DNA of 32,000 bases. It comes from Candidatus Methanoperedens sp. Lineage in GTDB: Archaea; Halobacteriota; Methanosarcinia; Methanosarcinales; Methanoperedenaceae. Each line of letters starts with the position of its first letter. Within the stretch, counting starts at the first letter, position 1. Shown piece after piece: positions 28,672 to 32,000 of the stretch. The DNA lies in assembly GCA_041648475.1 (NCBI GenBank), contig JBAZOV010000006.1, forward strand, positions 29,503-61,502. The letters run 5' to 3'. The translations under genes and the position numbers were made by a program. The notes beneath the pieces were generated by a model. The model was not told the DNA's origin. It was given only the letters and a program-made list of their open reading frames with translations, and searched no databases.

Positions 28672-29331
28672 ATGGACATCCAGACTCTAACTCTAATCCT
28701 GAAAACAAAATACCCGGTAACGGAAAGCCCTGAAAAATTGCGGGGCTTCATCGGGAACAGATTCAAAAACCATCCTATTCTGCATCAGCATGCCGAAAAT
28801 GGTAAGAACTATTATCAATATCCAAAAGTTCAATACAAAATAATCGGAGGTACTCCTGTAATATTTGGAATCGAAGAAGGGGTAGAAATTTTGGAAAATA
28901 TATCGAAAGATATTGAAGTTCTCACTATTGGAAGTAAGAATTACATGATTGAAGAAAAACAGGTCATAACGAAAAAACAGGAATTTGGATGTTCTGATAC
29001 ATTTTTCCAGTACAGGTTTATAGTCCCCTGGTTAGCCTTGAATGAGACAAATTATGAGTCATATTTGAAGTCAGACCAAAAAAATAAAGTTGAACTCTTA
29101 CATAAAGTCTTAGCTGGCAATCTTCTCTCAATTTCTAAATCTCTTGGATATGTAGTGCTTGACCAGATCAAAGTTAAAACAAAATTATCTCCCATAAAAG
29201 TTTATTCAAAAGGTATTCCACTAATTGGTTTTGAGGGAGAATTCCAAACAAATTTCAAGATTCCTGATTATCTTGGTATTGGCAGATCAGTTTCACGGGG
29301 CTTTGGAGTTGCTCGTAGATGCAGCCTTTAA
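28672..29331 (+). CDS. cas6: Cas6 paralog, copy 2 (Cas6b-like)
   Basis: 219 aa, collinear with Cas6 at 17200-17865: 'LRGFIGNRF', 'ILHQH', 'YPKVQYK', 'VPWLALNETNY', 'GNLLSISKSLGY', 'IPDYLGIGRSVSRGFGV'. Confidence 0.85.
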   Translation: MDIQTLTLILKTKYPVTESPEKLRGFIGNRFKNHPILHQHAENGKNYYQYPKVQYKIIGGTPVIFGIEEGVEILENISKDIEVLTIGSKNYMIEEKQVITKKQEFGCSDTFFQYRFIVPWLALNETNYESYLKSDQKNKVELLHKVLAGNLLSISKSLGYVVLDQIKVKTKLSPIKVYSKGIPLIGFEGEFQTNFKIPDYLGIGRSVSRGFGVARRCSL

Positions 29332-29384
29332 TAAGTTCTTTTTCCAAATTCTTAAATATCAATAACAGATAAAAAGGCACTCCA

Positions 29385-30593
29385 ATGGATCTCAACAATT
29401 TCATAATCCTCTTCATCTTCAGCATAACCATCCCAATACTTTACATAAAACTTGTTTCAGGCTTTGTGGTTTCAATCATAGACCGACTCATAAATGCCAA
29501 TTTTGAGCTAAATCCAAATAAGTTCATTAATCTTGTAATAGGATACGGTATCGGGGCTCTCCTATTTTCATATATTTTTCATCAGTTCTTCAAGTATGGC
29601 GTAATATCCCTTACAGAAATCTCAAATGCCAGTCTCACAATGCCTTTCCTGGCTCTCACCTTCTGCTATTTCGCTCGAGTCATAACCAGGAGGAATGGGC
29701 GTTTTTCCGGGCGCATTTATGTCAGCGGGGTAACAGCCATTGCATCCCTGATATTCCTGGTCAATACCGCTATCGGATTAAAATCTCTTGGCGAGACACC
29801 TTCCGGTCTTTTCACTCAAATTTTTGCAATTGGTAGTGGACTTGAAAGCAGCCTGATCACAAGGATCGAACTTTCTCTGGAGTTCTTGAAAAGCTGGATA
29901 CCCACCATTACTCTGGGCAGTGTGTTAATGGCAACCTTCGGGGAACTGGCTGTCGTTCATTTCATGAAACCCAATATAAGATCACTCACTGCAGTGCTTG
30001 AGAAATTTCCATCTGACTTTTCGGTGATAACAGGAAATAACCAGATCGAGAATAAAATGAAGGAAATGACATCCCAGGGTGATGTTCTTTCCATCAAATG
30101 CATAACGAATACTTATAAAGCATTTGACACGATCCATTCAAACCTGGAGACACAGTGGAGGATATTATCCGGAAAAAATATCGTACCTGATTACAGGATT
30201 ATCGGGTCATCCCGGCAGGAGATCAAGGAATATTTCAATAAAAAGAAAATCACAAATTTCGGAACGATCCTCGGAAAGATATATCAAAAATTGATGCCTG
30301 GATACTATGCTGGTTATTTGACCCGCGAAGAAAAGGATGTTGAGAAACGAATTTCAAAACTAAGGGAAATGCGTAATGAAGGTCGAATTAAACATCTTGA
30401 TACAAGTTTTGGCAGATTCAAGATGCTTCTTGTTAATGATAATGAAGTAATTTTCACGGTATTGAGTGGAAAAAATGAGACGATAGGACTGTACACAAAA
30501 GAAAAATATATTCTATTTCTTTGTTTAAAATTATTCGATGATACGTGGGAACGTAATCAAACTGCAGATGTGCTTAATAAAAAGACTAATTAA
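29385..30593 (+). CDS. Multi-pass membrane protein with a ~200-aa C-terminal soluble domain, unknown function
   Basis: 402 aa with about 5-6 hydrophobic segments in residues 1-195, followed by a soluble domain with a duplicated '[IV]LSGKN' string. Co-oriented, 53 nt after cas6 copy 2. Confidence 0.6.
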   Translation: MDLNNFIILFIFSITIPILYIKLVSGFVVSIIDRLINANFELNPNKFINLVIGYGIGALLFSYIFHQFFKYGVISLTEISNASLTMPFLALTFCYFARVITRRNGRFSGRIYVSGVTAIASLIFLVNTAIGLKSLGETPSGLFTQIFAIGSGLESSLITRIELSLEFLKSWIPTITLGSVLMATFGELAVVHFMKPNIRSLTAVLEKFPSDFSVITGNNQIENKMKEMTSQGDVLSIKCITNTYKAFDTIHSNLETQWRILSGKNIVPDYRIIGSSRQEIKEYFNKKKITNFGTILGKIYQKLMPGYYAGYLTREEKDVEKRISKLREMRNEGRIKHLDTSFGRFKMLLVNDNEVIFTVLSGKNETIGLYTKEKYILFLCLKLFDDTWERNQTADVLNKKTN

Positions 30594-30819
30594 TACTATC
30601 TTCGATCCTGCCAAAAAGTGGTTTCAACAATAGCTGATCTGAAACGAAAATTATCAACATCAGCAGTACAATATATGCTTCCTTGGCAAGGCTGATAATA
30701 TCTATGGAATACAATATTAATGATACAAATATCAACCCAAAAGCAATGGTTGATAAGCACATATTGCTTAATCCGAATATTTTTTCCATAACTTTATGCA
30801 TATAGAACCTTCTAGCCAT
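30586..30819 (-). CDS. Small hypothetical membrane ORF (2 TM)
   Basis: 77-aa ORF convergent with, and overlapping by 8 nt, the membrane protein gene. It has hydrophobic helices only; coding status is uncertain. Confidence 0.3.
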   Translation of the reverse strand: MARRFYMHKVMEKIFGLSNMCLSTIAFGLIFVSLILYSIDIISLAKEAYIVLLMLIIFVSDQLLLKPLFGRIEDSIN

Positions 30820-30978
30820 GAATATGACCTTTTAAGGATTATTTTCTGTTGATTGTTTATTGATGGTACTAACCCTTAAAGTTTATGGTCATTTCATTTT
30901 GTGGAAAAGTGTCCATAGTGTCAATAAACCGTTAGAGTTACCCTCCAAGCTCTCCACTCCCGTTTCCAATCGAAAGAG

Positions 30979-31015
30979 ATTCGAGAGGCACATCCACTAA
31001 AACAAGGATTGAAAC
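30979..31015 (+). repeat. Solitary CRISPR repeat identical to the array consensus
   Basis: All 37 nt match the consensus, in the same orientation as the array. It lies 6462 nt downstream of the terminal repeat, and I found no second repeat after it. Confidence 0.95.
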
Positions 31016-31044
31016 TTTATATGCCTAACGTTAATGTCCAGGCG

Positions 31045-31587
31045 CTACTTGGAGTTAGAGAATTTTTTGAGGACAGCCAAAAGCCCTTCGTCCTTTGCCT
31101 TTTCGGTTAAATATTCAAAATCGACCCTGCTCTGGTAATATCGAAGCAGGTAATGAGCTTGTTTGCAGTCCGTTTCTGATTTCCATTCATGGCAGGCTGC
31201 CAGCCTATCTATGATCAAGTCCTCGATCCCAATTATATAGAGTTTTAAACCCTCAACAGTCATCGTTGTTATTTTGTCTTTGCTTCCAGCTAAGTAATCC
31301 CCCGGCACTTCTATGAAAATACCTATTGTTTCATCGATCCAATGCCTTCCGCTGCGTTTAAATCCAAACGTATTCTCAAGGATATCACCGATTATTTTCC
31401 GGCTTCCTACAAGGTCTATATCATAACTCTGGAAAACACCGTTCGTATAGAAATCAACTGCTGACCCGCCCACAACGATAGGTTTTATGTTTTTTTTCTC
31501 AGTTTCACGGGTAAGGAGTGACATGAAATACGCTTTTTTATCTACCAGATTTTTGATGGATAATATTTTTTGTAATTCGGGGATCAC
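31045..31587 (-). CDS. Nucleotidyltransferase-fold protein, putative toxin partner of the AbrB antitoxin
   Basis: 180 aa with 'IVVGGSAVDFYTNGVFQSYDIDLVG' (G[GS]...DxD NTase motif). GTG start overlaps the upstream AbrB gene stop (GTGA). Confidence 0.6.
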   Translation of the reverse strand: MIPELQKILSIKNLVDKKAYFMSLLTRETEKKNIKPIVVGGSAVDFYTNGVFQSYDIDLVGSRKIIGDILENTFGFKRSGRHWIDETIGIFIEVPGDYLAGSKDKITTMTVEGLKLYIIGIEDLIIDRLAACHEWKSETDCKQAHYLLRYYQSRVDFEYLTEKAKDEGLLAVLKKFSNSK

Positions 31588-31844
31588 GATAATCGCCGTT
31601 CCATTTCTCTTTTGCCTGTCCAGATCACGTTTTTATCTGCACTTGCTTTCATGATATTGTATAGTCCCTCTATCTCGTCTTTATCCCTTGGCTTGCGCCT
31701 GATCGCCTTGCTGGATGGACGGATTGATAGACAGCCATCGATTATAATCATATCCACTATTTCAGGCAGACCTAATTCTTTTAAAAGGGATTGAGGGATT
31801 ATTACCCCGCTACTATTGCCAATTTTGCGTATTCTTTGTTTCAT
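31584..31844 (-). CDS. AbrB/MazE/SpoVT-family antitoxin
   Basis: 86 aa with 'RKIGNSSGVIIPQSLLKELGL', the looped-hinge-helix signature. Confidence 0.8.
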   Translation of the reverse strand: MKQRIRKIGNSSGVIIPQSLLKELGLPEIVDMIIIDGCLSIRPSSKAIRRKPRDKDEIEGLYNIMKASADKNVIWTGKREMERRLS

Positions 31845-31880
31845 ATATGTTATAACATAGTCATAACATATATAAATATA
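31845..31880 (-). promoter_or_regulatory. Palindromic operator-like sequence plus TATA-like box upstream of the AbrB gene
   Basis: ATATGTTAT (31845-31853) is the inverted complement of ATAACATAT (31863-31871). ATGTTATAACAT is itself palindromic. TATAAATATA at 31871-31880 sits about 27-36 nt upstream of the start codon. Confidence 0.4.
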
Positions 31881-31954
31881 TTTGGGGAACTATAGAACTC
31901 GCACCTCAGAGTCGGCTATGAACTGTGGTTAATAAATGAACATGAAAAAAGCAG

Positions 31955-31998
31955 CGAACTGGTACGAACTAAAACGAACTCCAGTGGCGTGAGTTCGT
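31955..31998. repeat. Three CGAACT units at 10-bp phasing plus an 8-bp hairpin
   Basis: CGAACT at 31955, 31965 and 31975. ACGAACTC (31974-31981) pairs with GAGTTCGT (31991-31998) around a 9-nt loop. The window ends here. Confidence 0.5.
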
Positions 31999-32000
31999 AT

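Noticed and set aside
30400-30480. HKD/PLD-like string 'RFKMLLVNDNEVIFTVLSGKN' in the membrane protein C-terminal domain.
   Set aside because: The catalytic His is Arg, the Asp is Asn, the spacing to the GS-x-N part is off, and no second HKD motif is present. This is not enough to call a PLD nuclease.
31062-31086. Possible degenerate second repeat (ATTTTTTGAGGACAGCCAAAAGCCC) after the solitary repeat, which would make a one-spacer mini-array.
   Set aside because: It needs several gaps and mismatches, would imply a 46-nt spacer (outside the 34-39 range), and lies within the NTase coding sequence.

Overview
The window looks like an archaeal chromosomal segment. I infer Methanosarcinales-like from PCNA, PriL, a PIN-type protein-only RNase P homolog and the repeat type, but I did not verify this by search. 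Positions 1-8.7 kb are ordinary housekeeping genes: pcn, priL, bioY, hisB, a hybrid sensor kinase plus receiver, hisF. Positions 8.7-9.2 kb hold a HicAB pair.

Positions 9.7-19.9 kb hold a type I-B CRISPR-Cas locus in two compositionally different blocks. The first is a very AT-rich cas8b-cas7-cas5-cas3 cassette bracketed by structured CGGAT-rich repeat elements. The second is an MNT-HEPN toxin-antitoxin pair coupled to cas6-cas1-cas2-cas4.

Positions 19973-24516 are a CRISPR array of 63 x 37-nt repeats and 62 spacers of 34-39 nt, with the leader on the cas4 side. Two spacers are each captured twice, and one spacer looks repeat-like.

The most interesting part follows the array trailer at 24.6-29.3 kb. 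It is a compact AT-rich type III-like module:
- a Cas10-like protein with an intact HD domain but no GGDD cyclase loop
- one Cas5-like RAMP gene with a possible internally translated Cas11-like tail
- a single Csm3/Cmr4-like Cas7
- its own Cas6 paralog

An uncharacterised multi-pass membrane protein follows. A solitary perfect CRISPR repeat at 30979-31015 points into a convergent AbrB/nucleotidyltransferase TA pair. All functional calls rest on motif reading by eye; no database search was possible.
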